Of a DNA stretch of 64,000 nucleotides, positions 56,278 through 64,000 are shown piece by piece (position 1 is the stretch's first letter; every line of letters begins with the position of its first letter). Position numbers and translations under genes: made by a program. This DNA comes from Methanocella sp. (GTDB lineage Archaea; Thermoproteota; Bathyarchaeia; Bathyarchaeales; Bathycorpusculaceae): positions 10,999 through 74,998 of the forward strand of contig JBLNCY010000057.1 in NCBI GenBank assembly GCA_050261115.1, read 5' to 3'. The notes under the pieces were generated by a model that searched no databases, was not told where the DNA came from, and saw only the letters and a program-made list of their open reading frames with translations.

Positions 56278-57006
56278 ATGTCCGTATTTGCAGCACCTGG
56301 AGCATATGACCGTGCAATAACTGTATTCTCGCCTGATGGCCGACTATTTCAAGTCGAATACGCGATGGAGCTCGTAAATCGCGGGGCCACCATACTTGGC
56401 ATCCAAACCTCAGAAGGATTAGTTCTAGGATCAGAAGAAAACATTGAAGTCCTCGAAGAAGCAGGCTACAGCTGGAAAATCTTCCGCGTCGACGATCACA
56501 TCGGCGCAGCCATCGTCGGCTTATCAAGCGACGCCAGAATACTAATCGATCAAGCACGCATCTATGCTCAAAGTAATAAACTAACATACGACGAACCCAT
56601 CGACGTAGAAGTCGTAACCAAACGCATCTGCGACATCCAACAAATGTACACCCAACACGCAGGTGTCCGACCCTTCGGCGTATCCATAATCTTCGGCGGA
56701 GTCGACAAAACCGGTCCACGCGTCTTCGGAACCCACCCAAGCGGCACATACCGCGGCTACAAAGCCACCGCCTTGGGAGCAGGACGCGAAACCGTACTAA
56801 ACATCCTAAAAGAAGAATACAAAGACGACATGACCATTGACAACACCATAAAATTAGCGGTAAAATGCCTAGTCAAAGCACTCGAAGCACGCCAGCTACC
56901 ACCCAGAATCAAAATCGCAATCATCCCAGCAGCAACAAAGAAAATGGAAATGCTAAACGACAACACAGTCGAAGGATACATCAAAGAGCTGGGCCAAAGC
57001 AAGTGA
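56278..57006 (+). CDS. psmA: Proteasome alpha subunit
   Basis: YDRAITVFSPDGRLFQVEYA, RPFGVS. Confidence 0.97.
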   Translation: MSVFAAPGAYDRAITVFSPDGRLFQVEYAMELVNRGATILGIQTSEGLVLGSEENIEVLEEAGYSWKIFRVDDHIGAAIVGLSSDARILIDQARIYAQSNKLTYDEPIDVEVVTKRICDIQQMYTQHAGVRPFGVSIIFGGVDKTGPRVFGTHPSGTYRGYKATALGAGRETVLNILKEEYKDDMTIDNTIKLAVKCLVKALEARQLPPRIKIAIIPAATKKMEMLNDNTVEGYIKELGQSK

Positions 57007-57013
57007 CAAACTG

Positions 57014-57700
57014 ATGAGCGAAAAGTTCACAGTCGCACGCTTAACCAGAGAAAACGAACACTTTGAAATCCTCGTAAAACCAGCAAAAGCGCTCTACTAC
57101 CGCAACGGCAAAATCGCAGGGATAACTGAGGTTTTAGCCGCCGACATCATTTTTTCTGACGCTAACAAGGGCACCCGAGTCTCAGAGGAGGCTATGAAAA
57201 AAGCCTTCAAAACCACAGACACCCTAAAAATCGCAGATGAAATCCTCAAAAAAGGCACCCTTCAACTCACAACTGAACAACGCAGAAAAATGGTCGAGGA
57301 CAAAAAACGGCAAGTGATTGACTTTATCGCTCGACAGGCAGTTGACCCCAAAACCAACCTGCCTCATCCGCCCATGCGCATCGAAAACGCCATGGAGCAA
57401 ATCCGTTACTCCATAGACCCATACAAGTCCGTGGAGGAGCAAGCAAAAGACATCGTTAAACTCTTACGACCTATCCTGCCGCTTAAAGTCGAGCAGGTCA
57501 AGGTTGCAGTAAAAATCCCCGCACAATACGCCTCCAGAGCCTACGGCACCGTTAAAACGTTGGGCACCATAAAACGTGAAGAATGGCGCGGCGACGGCTC
57601 TTGGTACGGCGAACTTGAATTACCCGCAGGCGCCTATGCTTCGCTTCTAAACAAGCTTGGCGACGCCACAAAGGGAAGCGGAGAAGCAAAAATAATCTAA
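57014..57700 (+). CDS. sdo1: Ribosome maturation protein Sdo1/SBDS
   Basis: FEILV.P, IFSDANKG, G..QLTTEQRR, DPKTNLPHPP.RIE.A. Confidence 0.95.
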   Translation: MSEKFTVARLTRENEHFEILVKPAKALYYRNGKIAGITEVLAADIIFSDANKGTRVSEEAMKKAFKTTDTLKIADEILKKGTLQLTTEQRRKMVEDKKRQVIDFIARQAVDPKTNLPHPPMRIENAMEQIRYSIDPYKSVEEQAKDIVKLLRPILPLKVEQVKVAVKIPAQYASRAYGTVKTLGTIKREEWRGDGSWYGELELPAGAYASLLNKLGDATKGSGEAKII

Positions 57701-57723
57701 GTAATATGAAAAATGGTGATTTT

Positions 57724-58437
57724 ATGCCAACATTCTTTGAAAAAAAACAACTCGTAACGCCCGGAGAATTACTCGCAGAAGGCGACTACTTACCTGGCGA
57801 AAACACGTATATTGAAAACGGCAAGATATTCGCCGAAAGAATTGGACTCGTAGACAGCGATAACAAAAAAGTTAACGTGGTGGCACTTAGAGCATTTTAC
57901 GTGCCAAAAGTCGGTGACATAGTAATCGGAACAGTTACTGAAGTAGGCTTCAACGGCTGGACCGTCGACATCAAATCCCCCTACACCGCCATGCTACGCG
58001 CATCCGATGTGCTTAGCAGGCCCTTTAAGCCCCAAAACGACGAGTTATCAGCAGTCCTAAACACAGGCGACCTCATCGTAGCCAAAATCGCCTCATACGA
58101 CCGCGCACACGACCCACAATTAACCGTGGGCGAGCCAGGATTGGGAAAAATTACTCGCGGCCAACTCCTCAGAGTAACCCCAACAAAGATTCCTCGTATC
58201 ATCGGACGCAAGGGCTCGATGATATCTATGATTAAGCAGGAAACCAACTGTCAAATCATCCTTGGACTCAACGGCGTCGTTCTAGTCACAGGCAAGACCC
58301 CTGAAGAGGAAGCAATAGCCATCGGCGCAATCCGCAAAATTGAAGAAGAATCCCACACAAGCGGCTTAACCGATCGCATCACACAGTTATTGAAAGAAAA
58401 GAAAACACCAGCCCAACTGGAGGAAATACAACAATGA
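57724..58437 (+). CDS. rrp4: Exosome RNA-binding subunit Rrp4
   Basis: [18 protein letters not shown] domain [16 protein letters not shown]. Confidence 0.95.
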   Translation: MPTFFEKKQLVTPGELLAEGDYLPGENTYIENGKIFAERIGLVDSDNKKVNVVALRAFYVPKVGDIVIGTVTEVGFNGWTVDIKSPYTAMLRASDVLSRPFKPQNDELSAVLNTGDLIVAKIASYDRAHDPQLTVGEPGLGKITRGQLLRVTPTKIPRIIGRKGSMISMIKQETNCQIILGLNGVVLVTGKTPEEEAIAIGAIRKIEEESHTSGLTDRITQLLKEKKTPAQLEEIQQ

Positions 58438-59180
58438 ACGAAAAAACTGAAAAACTAATCGACAAGAAAGGCATCCGCGGCGACGGAAGAAAAGCGGATG
58501 AACTTCGCCCCCTAAAACTACAGGTCGGCGTACTTCCAAACGCTGATGGATCAGCATACATTGAACACGGCAAAAACAAAATCTTAGCCGCAGCATACGG
58601 CCCAAGAGAAATGCACCCCAAGCACCTCGCACAAGCAGATCGCATGGTGCTCAGATGCAGATATCACATGGCGCCCTTTAGCGTGCAAGAACGCAAATCT
58701 CCCGCACCCTCACGCAGAGAAGTTGAATTAAGCAAAGTAATCAAAGAATCCCTTGAACCAGCCCTATTCCTTGAACTCTACCCCCGCACAGGCGTCGACG
58801 TCTTTGTGGAGGTTTTACAGGCAGACGGCGGAACCCGCTGCGCAAGCATTACCGCTGCAGCTCTAGCTATTGCTGATGCGGGTGTTCCGATGCGTGATTT
58901 AGTTGTGGCATGCGCCGCAGGCAAAGTTGAGGACCAAGTCGTCTTAGACCTCTACGACGCCGAGGACAAATTAGGCTCTGCCGATGTCCCCGTTGCTTAC
59001 ATGCCTAATCTAAACGCAATCACGTTACTGCAGATGGATGGTGTTCTTTCTCCAGCTGAATTCGAGAAAGCAGTCACTATGGCTATGGATGGCTGCAAAA
59101 AGATCTACCAAATGCAGAAAGAAGCACTTAAGACCAAATATATGGCTATTAAAGAAACTGAGAAGGAGACTGAAGAGTAA
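58434..59180 (+). CDS. rrp41: Exosome subunit Rrp41
   Basis: R.DGR..DELRP, YHMAPFS..ERK, RRE.E.S, QADGGTR.A. Confidence 0.96.
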   Translation: MNEKTEKLIDKKGIRGDGRKADELRPLKLQVGVLPNADGSAYIEHGKNKILAAAYGPREMHPKHLAQADRMVLRCRYHMAPFSVQERKSPAPSRREVELSKVIKESLEPALFLELYPRTGVDVFVEVLQADGGTRCASITAAALAIADAGVPMRDLVVACAAGKVEDQVVLDLYDAEDKLGSADVPVAYMPNLNAITLLQMDGVLSPAEFEKAVTMAMDGCKKIYQMQKEALKTKYMAIKETEKETEE

Positions 59181-59971
59181 TGTCATCACTTGTAACTAAA
59201 GTCAAAGTAAAGCAAATCGAAGCCCTACTAGAGAAAGGCACACGTATGGATGGTAGAGGCTTACTTGATACCCGCGAAATCAAAATCGAACAAGGCCTCA
59301 TAGAGAAAGCCGAGGGCTCAGCTCGTGTGCTTTTGGGCAAAACCGAGGTGCTTGTCGGGGTTAAAGTCGAAACAGGCGAACCCTTCCCAGACACACCAAA
59401 AGAGGGCGTCATGACTGTTAACGCGGAACTTGTACCGCTTGCGTCGCCCCACTTTGAGCCAGGTCCACCTGACGAAAACAGTATTGAACTTGCTCGTGTT
59501 GTTGACCGAGGCATTAGAGAATCGCATGCTGTTGATACAGAGAAGCTGTGCATCGAGGAAGGCAAAAAAGTCTTTGTTGTGTTTGTCGATGTCTATGTCC
59601 TTAACCATGACGGCAACCTAATTGACGCTTCTGCAATCGCGGCTATGGCGGCGCTCATGAACACCAAAATGCCTAACTATGAAATCAAAGACGGCGAACT
59701 AAAGATCAAGCAAGGCTACACACCGCTACCCATGAAGAGCCACCCCGTTACAGTCACCATCGGCAAAATCAATGGTAAACTCGTTGTTGACCCTGCATTG
59801 GAAGAGGAATCCGTTATGGATTCGCGCATAACCTTTGCATCTAATGAGGACGGAAACATCTGTGCTATCCAGAAGGGTCTGTCAGGCTTTTTCTCACCGC
59901 AACAGATTTTAGATGCCTCAAAGATTGCTCTGGACAAAGCAGTCGAATTAAGAAAGAAACTAAACTGGTGA
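59180..59971 (+). CDS. rrp42: Exosome subunit Rrp42
   Basis: R.DGR, AEGSA.V.LG.T, PF.DTP, ELARVVDRGIRES, DGNL.DA. Confidence 0.96.
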   Translation: MSSLVTKVKVKQIEALLEKGTRMDGRGLLDTREIKIEQGLIEKAEGSARVLLGKTEVLVGVKVETGEPFPDTPKEGVMTVNAELVPLASPHFEPGPPDENSIELARVVDRGIRESHAVDTEKLCIEEGKKVFVVFVDVYVLNHDGNLIDASAIAAMAALMNTKMPNYEIKDGELKIKQGYTPLPMKSHPVTVTIGKINGKLVVDPALEEESVMDSRITFASNEDGNICAIQKGLSGFFSPQQILDASKIALDKAVELRKKLNW

Positions 59972-59977
59972 AAATAG

Positions 59978-60325
59978 TTGCCCAAGACAAAAAAAGTTGG
60001 TCCAACTCGAGGGTTCGGTCCTCGATACGGTTCCACTGTAAGAAAACGCTACGTCAAAGTCATAACTGAACTCAAAAAGCCACACAGATGCCCCCAATGC
60101 GGGTTTGTCCGTGTTAAACGCGAAAGCGTTGGCATCTGGGTATGCGGCAAATGCGCCTACACCTTCTCTGGCGGAGCGTACACTCCACACACGAAACTCG
60201 GCGCCGTTGCAAAACGTGCAGCTAAAGGCGGTCTAGAAGTTGAAGCGGCCCAAGCGCAGGTACCAGTAGTGGAAGCCGAAGAAGTTGAAGCCGCTGAAGA
60301 GGCAACTGAAGAAACCACCGAGTAA
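59978..60325 (+). CDS. rpl37ae: 50S ribosomal protein L37Ae with acidic C-terminal tail
   Basis: G...FGPRYG...RK, CPQC, GIW.C.KC...GGAY; Glu-rich extension. Confidence 0.95.
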   Translation: MPKTKKVGPTRGFGPRYGSTVRKRYVKVITELKKPHRCPQCGFVRVKRESVGIWVCGKCAYTFSGGAYTPHTKLGAVAKRAAKGGLEVEAAQAQVPVVEAEEVEAAEEATEETTE

Positions 60326-60379
60326 ACCTCTCTTCTTTTAACCTATTTTTATTAACTCATTCTATACTTAGGGTACGTT

Positions 60380-60637
60380 ATGTCAATTAGAACCTCAACC
60401 GCTGTCAATTTGCAGTTCACCGACGCAAAACAAATCGATATACTCCTATCCGCGTTATCTCCCGAAGCAATGGCGCCGGCGACTCGACGATCATGTGTCA
60501 CCTTGAATAGGGATGGTGTGTGTTTGAGGTTAACTGTTGAAGCCGAAGACACTGTTGCGTTAAGGGCTACTCTAAACACTTATCTGCGCTGGATAAACTC
60601 CGCCCTAAACGTCCTTGAAGCGATTAAGAAAGCTTAA
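60380..60637 (+). CDS. pcc1: KEOPS subunit Pcc1
   Basis: L.PE, L...AED..ALRA.LNTYLRWI; usual position in the exosome operon. Confidence 0.9.
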   Translation: MSIRTSTAVNLQFTDAKQIDILLSALSPEAMAPATRRSCVTLNRDGVCLRLTVEAEDTVALRATLNTYLRWINSALNVLEAIKKA

Positions 60638-60654
60638 CTGTAATGGCGAGGGTT

Positions 60655-60709
60655 CTGTTGCTCTTGCGACCTACCCTCTCCCTTATATATAACCAACCAT
60701 GGGTTTAAC
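60655..60709 (-). repeat. Dispersed intergenic element, copy F (full form)
   Basis: Minus strand GTTAAACCCATGGTTGGTTATATATAAGGGAGAGGGTAGGTCGCAAGAGCAACAG, 17 nt from the pcc1 stop. Confidence 0.9.
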
Positions 60710-60772
60710 CTATGATTCGGGTATTTTGGCAAAATTTTAATATGTACTAAGCTAACGGCTGGCGGTAGCTAA

Positions 60773-61204
60773 TCACAGGTTACCCCGTTTCCACACCTTT
60801 ACTGTCTCATAGGCGAGAAACACAACAATGACCGACGTAGCAACCAAAGAAAAAACATATGCCTGATACAACACTGACGGCCGAAGAACCGTTAATTCAA
60901 TCAATAAAACTGCGACTGCAAACATTGTATAAAAGAAGTATCTTGGAACTAAGAATCGGCTAATCTTTACACTGTTCTCCAGTAGGTATTTATTGACTGT
61001 GAATCCGCCTGTTTCCCTTTTGAGTAACCCTGCATCCTCCAGCTTGGAAAGATGGTAGGTGGCAACTGAAGAACTGCTGAAATTCATCGCCCTCTGTAAC
61101 TCGCGGGTACCGACGGGTTTGCGACTTTTAAGGAGAAACCGATACACTTCAAGAGTCGTACCCTTTAGCACTTCTTTTGATTCATCGGTAACCTCAGAGT
61201 TCAT
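60773..61204 (-). CDS. Winged-helix regulator with two C-terminal TM helices
   Basis: LKG.T..VY..LL..G.RELQR....S.S.A.YHL.KL...GL followed by hydrophobic helices. Confidence 0.82.
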   Translation of the reverse strand: MNSEVTDESKEVLKGTTLEVYRFLLKSRKPVGTRELQRAMNFSSSSVATYHLSKLEDAGLLKRETGGFTVNKYLLENSVKISRFLVPRYFFYTMFAVAVLLIELTVLRPSVLYQAYVFSLVATSVIVVFLAYETVKVWKRGNL

Positions 61205-61345
61205 AATGCCAACAATACACTTTAAAAGATTTAAGACCTATCCCTTTCACTCCTCAGGGCTTGATGTTCGAGAATTAGAACACTTTTTCTAAAAAATACG
61301 ATTAAATAAACGTCTGCGCCTTCAATATGGTAAGGTTCAGATAGA

Positions 61346-61606
61346 TTGAACTATAAGACTCTGCTAGCTCCATTGTTCGGGGTTGTTTTGGCTTTGTTGA
61401 TAGCAATGGCTGTGATTCCGTATTGGCCTCAAGACCAACCCCAAGTTGCGCCGAGCCCAACTCCGCTACCTATCACGGGAACCCCTCCTCCGATCCAAGT
61501 TCCTTCTGCGGCAAACCTCTACTATTTTCCACCAATGATGCTCCTGCTAATTGCGGTAATCGTCGTCGCCTTGATTATTCTTCTATATTTCCGAAAAGAA
61601 CCATAG
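61346..61606 (+). CDS. Small two-TM protein with Pro-rich loop
   Basis: Two hydrophobic segments flanking PSPTPLP...PPP. Confidence 0.55.
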   Translation: MNYKTLLAPLFGVVLALLIAMAVIPYWPQDQPQVAPSPTPLPITGTPPPIQVPSAANLYYFPPMMLLLIAVIVVALIILLYFRKEP

Positions 61607-61702
61607 TGGCAGCTCTTTCTTGCTGTGCTAAAAAGAGAACACTCTGCACTAAAGCATTGCATTAAGTACTGCACTTTCCCTAGAAGTAATAGAAGTGGCA
61701 AA

Positions 61703-62317
61703 ATGTCAACCGCTGCCTCGTACCCCATAATTCAACTCTACATCATGCTGTTGAGCATCTGTGTAATTGTCGCGATAGCAGTGTTTTGGAAATACCCTTC
61801 ATTGAGGGTTTACCGCCGAAAACGCAATGTAGCAATTTACACTATTGTCCTTCTTGTATTCGGCCTAATAGCATATCAAGCCTACAATGCATCTCTGGGG
61901 CCAAATTTTATCTCGTTTAGTATACAAAAAACCCAAAACATCATCTACGTTGGAGAACAAAACCATTTCTTTGTAACCTGCCGTAGTGAAGGTGCCAGAG
62001 AAGTCCACTTTTATATGACCATCAATGCGAAAAATGCAACGCTCCAAACAAATGGGCATGAGGGCTATATACAGCTAAACGAAACAGCGATAAAAATTCC
62101 ATTCACTTTTCACGGAAACGGAGAACAAGCGCAGCCTGTATTCTTCACTGTTAACCCAAACGTTAGTAGTATCTCATTCTATCCTCGCATTGAACGCCTA
62201 GACGGTGCTAAGATAGCTGTCATGACATATCTAAGCGAAATCCAATGCACCTTTGACCCCTCATCAAATAGTTATGTGATGGCTGCTTCAGTTTCTCAGC
62301 CGACTGCTGTTCCCTAA
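61703..62317 (+). CDS. Membrane-anchored protein of unknown function
   Basis: Two N-terminal TM helices, then a beta-rich domain; likely ATG 61703. Confidence 0.6.
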   Translation: MSTAASYPIIQLYIMLLSICVIVAIAVFWKYPSLRVYRRKRNVAIYTIVLLVFGLIAYQAYNASLGPNFISFSIQKTQNIIYVGEQNHFFVTCRSEGAREVHFYMTINAKNATLQTNGHEGYIQLNETAIKIPFTFHGNGEQAQPVFFTVNPNVSSISFYPRIERLDGAKIAVMTYLSEIQCTFDPSSNSYVMAASVSQPTAVP

Positions 62318-62332
62318 TGGAGTAAGAATGGC

Positions 62333-62674
62333 ATGGCTGTTTGGGTTGTTTCTATGTTGATTGCCGCAATACCTTTTGTGATACTTAGACTATCTTGTTC
62401 GTTAACCACCGACGGATTACAAAGGAATTTAGGGCTATCCCGAGTTTTTGGAACGTTTGTTCTGGGTGGGCCTTATTGTCATGTTTGCTTCTGTCTCATT
62501 TGTTGGCTGGCTGGGCGGGGGTATTCTTAGTTATCATCTGCTTCCCCACTCTCTCCCTTTGAGCTGTTGTATATCCCCGTTCAGCTTCTTGGGCTATGTA
62601 TAGGCTCGCTTAGCATCGCCATACTATTGACTGTTATAGGTGCCAGAAACAAAAAGAAAAAACAAGGCCATTAA
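62333..62674 (+). pseudogene. Probable fragmented membrane-protein gene
   Basis: TM-like segments split across frames (AVWVVSMLIA...; FWVGLIVMFASVSFVGWLGG...; ELLYIPVQLLGLCIGSLSIAILLTVIG-RNKKKK) separated by stops. Confidence 0.42.
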
Positions 62675-62683
62675 TTCACCAAG

Positions 62684-63862
62684 TTACAGCTTCCCAATTA
62701 CTGTCCCGTTCCAGTAAATCAACCGATCATAGCGCGACTTTTGCATCCGTGCGGGGTCATCATAAACTATGTCAAAATCAGCGCCGTACTGCATAGTCAG
62801 ATTCTGGACGTCACCATATATGCCTGCGGATAGGCTGTCGGAGCCCCAGAGTCCCCAGATGGTGTCAGTTGCGCTTCCAAACTTGTAACCATAGTTGGCG
62901 GGCAAAACATAGGCTGTCTTGACGTTTTCATGGTTCCTGTTGGCTGGGGGGTGGGTTTGTATGTGATTCCAGAATGTTTTCAGCGTGTCTAGGTGTTCGG
63001 TGGTTAGGATGCCATATTGGGCTGAGGGTATCTCTGGATAGTTAAAGACGATGGCAAACTTGGCGCCGTTGTTGTAGGCAAGTAGTAGGTCATTGTACAT
63101 TGAGGCGCCGTCTTGTAGGTAGGGTGAACCGCTATGGTTGGTGTAGGTCCAGGTTATAATGGCGCCCCAATCCCTCTCAAACGCCCGTGCCGCACCCCTA
63201 ACAAACGCGATCTGCTGTTGTCGGCTATTGTTCCATCCAAATTCAGCTAAGACGGCATCGTAGCCTGCTTGGTAATCAAACCAGTACAAGCCATAATCAG
63301 CCGTTAAAACACGCTGCCCCGCATCCTGATAGTACCTTATCTCGGGGCTCAGAACGCTAACGTACTTTTCTGCGGCTTCTTTGTGGCTTTCTGCACTGGT
63401 GACCTCTTGATAGCGGCTACGGTCTAGCTGATCTCCGCCCGGTTCGTCCCACCGATAAACAGCTACAAACTTGTCGCCATACCTTGCCTTTGCGTCTGAG
63501 ACCCACTGTGCTGGCGTATAGTCCTCCCAACCACTGTACTGGGTGAGGTTAGTGAATAGCACTACAAAGTTTAGACCCGCTTCGATTATGTAGTTGCAGC
63601 TTAAATCAAGCAGAGTTCGGTTTATAGAAACCTCCGGCAACCCCAGAACAACTATGTTAGTGTAGCCTTTGACTTCGTTGACAACGGCTTCTAGGTCTTC
63701 AAAGTTTCCGTATGCAACCTCAACGCCCACAAAAAACTCAGACAACCCACCCCCTGCATCAAACCGCAAAGAAAAAAACATCGCCAAAAAGACTGTAAAT
63801 ATAAGTATTCCTGACAAGGCGATTTTTTGTTTTCCCAAGAACTCTCTTGATTTAGCTCGCAT
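62684..63862 (-). CDS. Secreted/anchored protein of unknown function, possibly a TIM-barrel glycoside hydrolase
   Basis: N-terminal TM/signal, FFVGVE, YRWDEPGG, GYDAVLAEFGWN, WGAIITW, aromatic-rich. Confidence 0.75.
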   Translation of the reverse strand: MRAKSREFLGKQKIALSGILIFTVFLAMFFSLRFDAGGGLSEFFVGVEVAYGNFEDLEAVVNEVKGYTNIVVLGLPEVSINRTLLDLSCNYIIEAGLNFVVLFTNLTQYSGWEDYTPAQWVSDAKARYGDKFVAVYRWDEPGGDQLDRSRYQEVTSAESHKEAAEKYVSVLSPEIRYYQDAGQRVLTADYGLYWFDYQAGYDAVLAEFGWNNSRQQQIAFVRGAARAFERDWGAIITWTYTNHSGSPYLQDGASMYNDLLLAYNNGAKFAIVFNYPEIPSAQYGILTTEHLDTLKTFWNHIQTHPPANRNHENVKTAYVLPANYGYKFGSATDTIWGLWGSDSLSAGIYGDVQNLTMQYGADFDIVYDDPARMQKSRYDRLIYWNGTVIGKL

Positions 63863-64000
63863 GCAAAGAAATATGCGCTAGATTCAAGAAAAGCTTTGTC
63901 GAAAACCGCTTGTAGCAGCTTATTCGAGGGGGGGCTATGGAAACTTTGCGCATTGAAAAGCGGTGCTGTTGATGGATTGCTTATCGGCTGATTGTTTATC

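Noticed and set aside
56276-59608. Numerous long antisense or overlapping ORFs here and throughout the window
   Set aside because: Shadows of well-supported genes produced by biased codon usage; no motifs or SD signals.
6737-60709. Dispersed element as a CRISPR repeat or replication-origin ORB
   Set aside because: Copies are kilobases apart with no spacer periodicity or cas genes; the G-run resembles an ORB G-string, but the TCCA-N-TGGA core and an orc1/cdc6 gene are absent.

Overview
Gene-dense archaeal chromosomal window, most likely Bathyarchaeia (TACK). This is inferred from topoisomerase IB, PolB1 plus PolB2, formyltransferase Ftr, archaeal PpcA, frequent TTG starts and GGAGGTGA-type ribosome-binding sites. 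No rRNA, tRNA, CRISPR array or transposase was seen. Recognisable content: DtxR-FeoA/feoB iron uptake with two operator palindromes; a RadA-like/small protein/PolB2 cassette; divergent form III RuBisCO and AMP phosphorylase; a GT4/GH130 sugar locus; aRF1; TopIB; PEP carboxylase; serC-serA-DUF1015; PolB1; and the proteasome-exosome superoperon. Four small genes not correctly called in the ORF track were read by hand: a Cys-rich peptide, a YHS protein, a C2H2 finger and a KGG stress peptide. The main unexplained signals are: (1) a ~40-58 bp non-coding element present six times in intergenic DNA; (2) six to seven genes whose real N-terminus appears to start at a near-cognate codon (ATA, ACG, ATC, CTG, ATT, GTC) 5-7 nt after an SD-like motif; (3) an intact-frame P-type ATPase that has lost its actuator domain and most catalytic and ion-binding motifs; (4) a HExxH metallopeptidase directly upstream of TopIB; (5) PCNA-binding-like tails on a DUF488 protein and on the PolB2 cassette. 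All family assignments are by motif recognition only; no searches were run.
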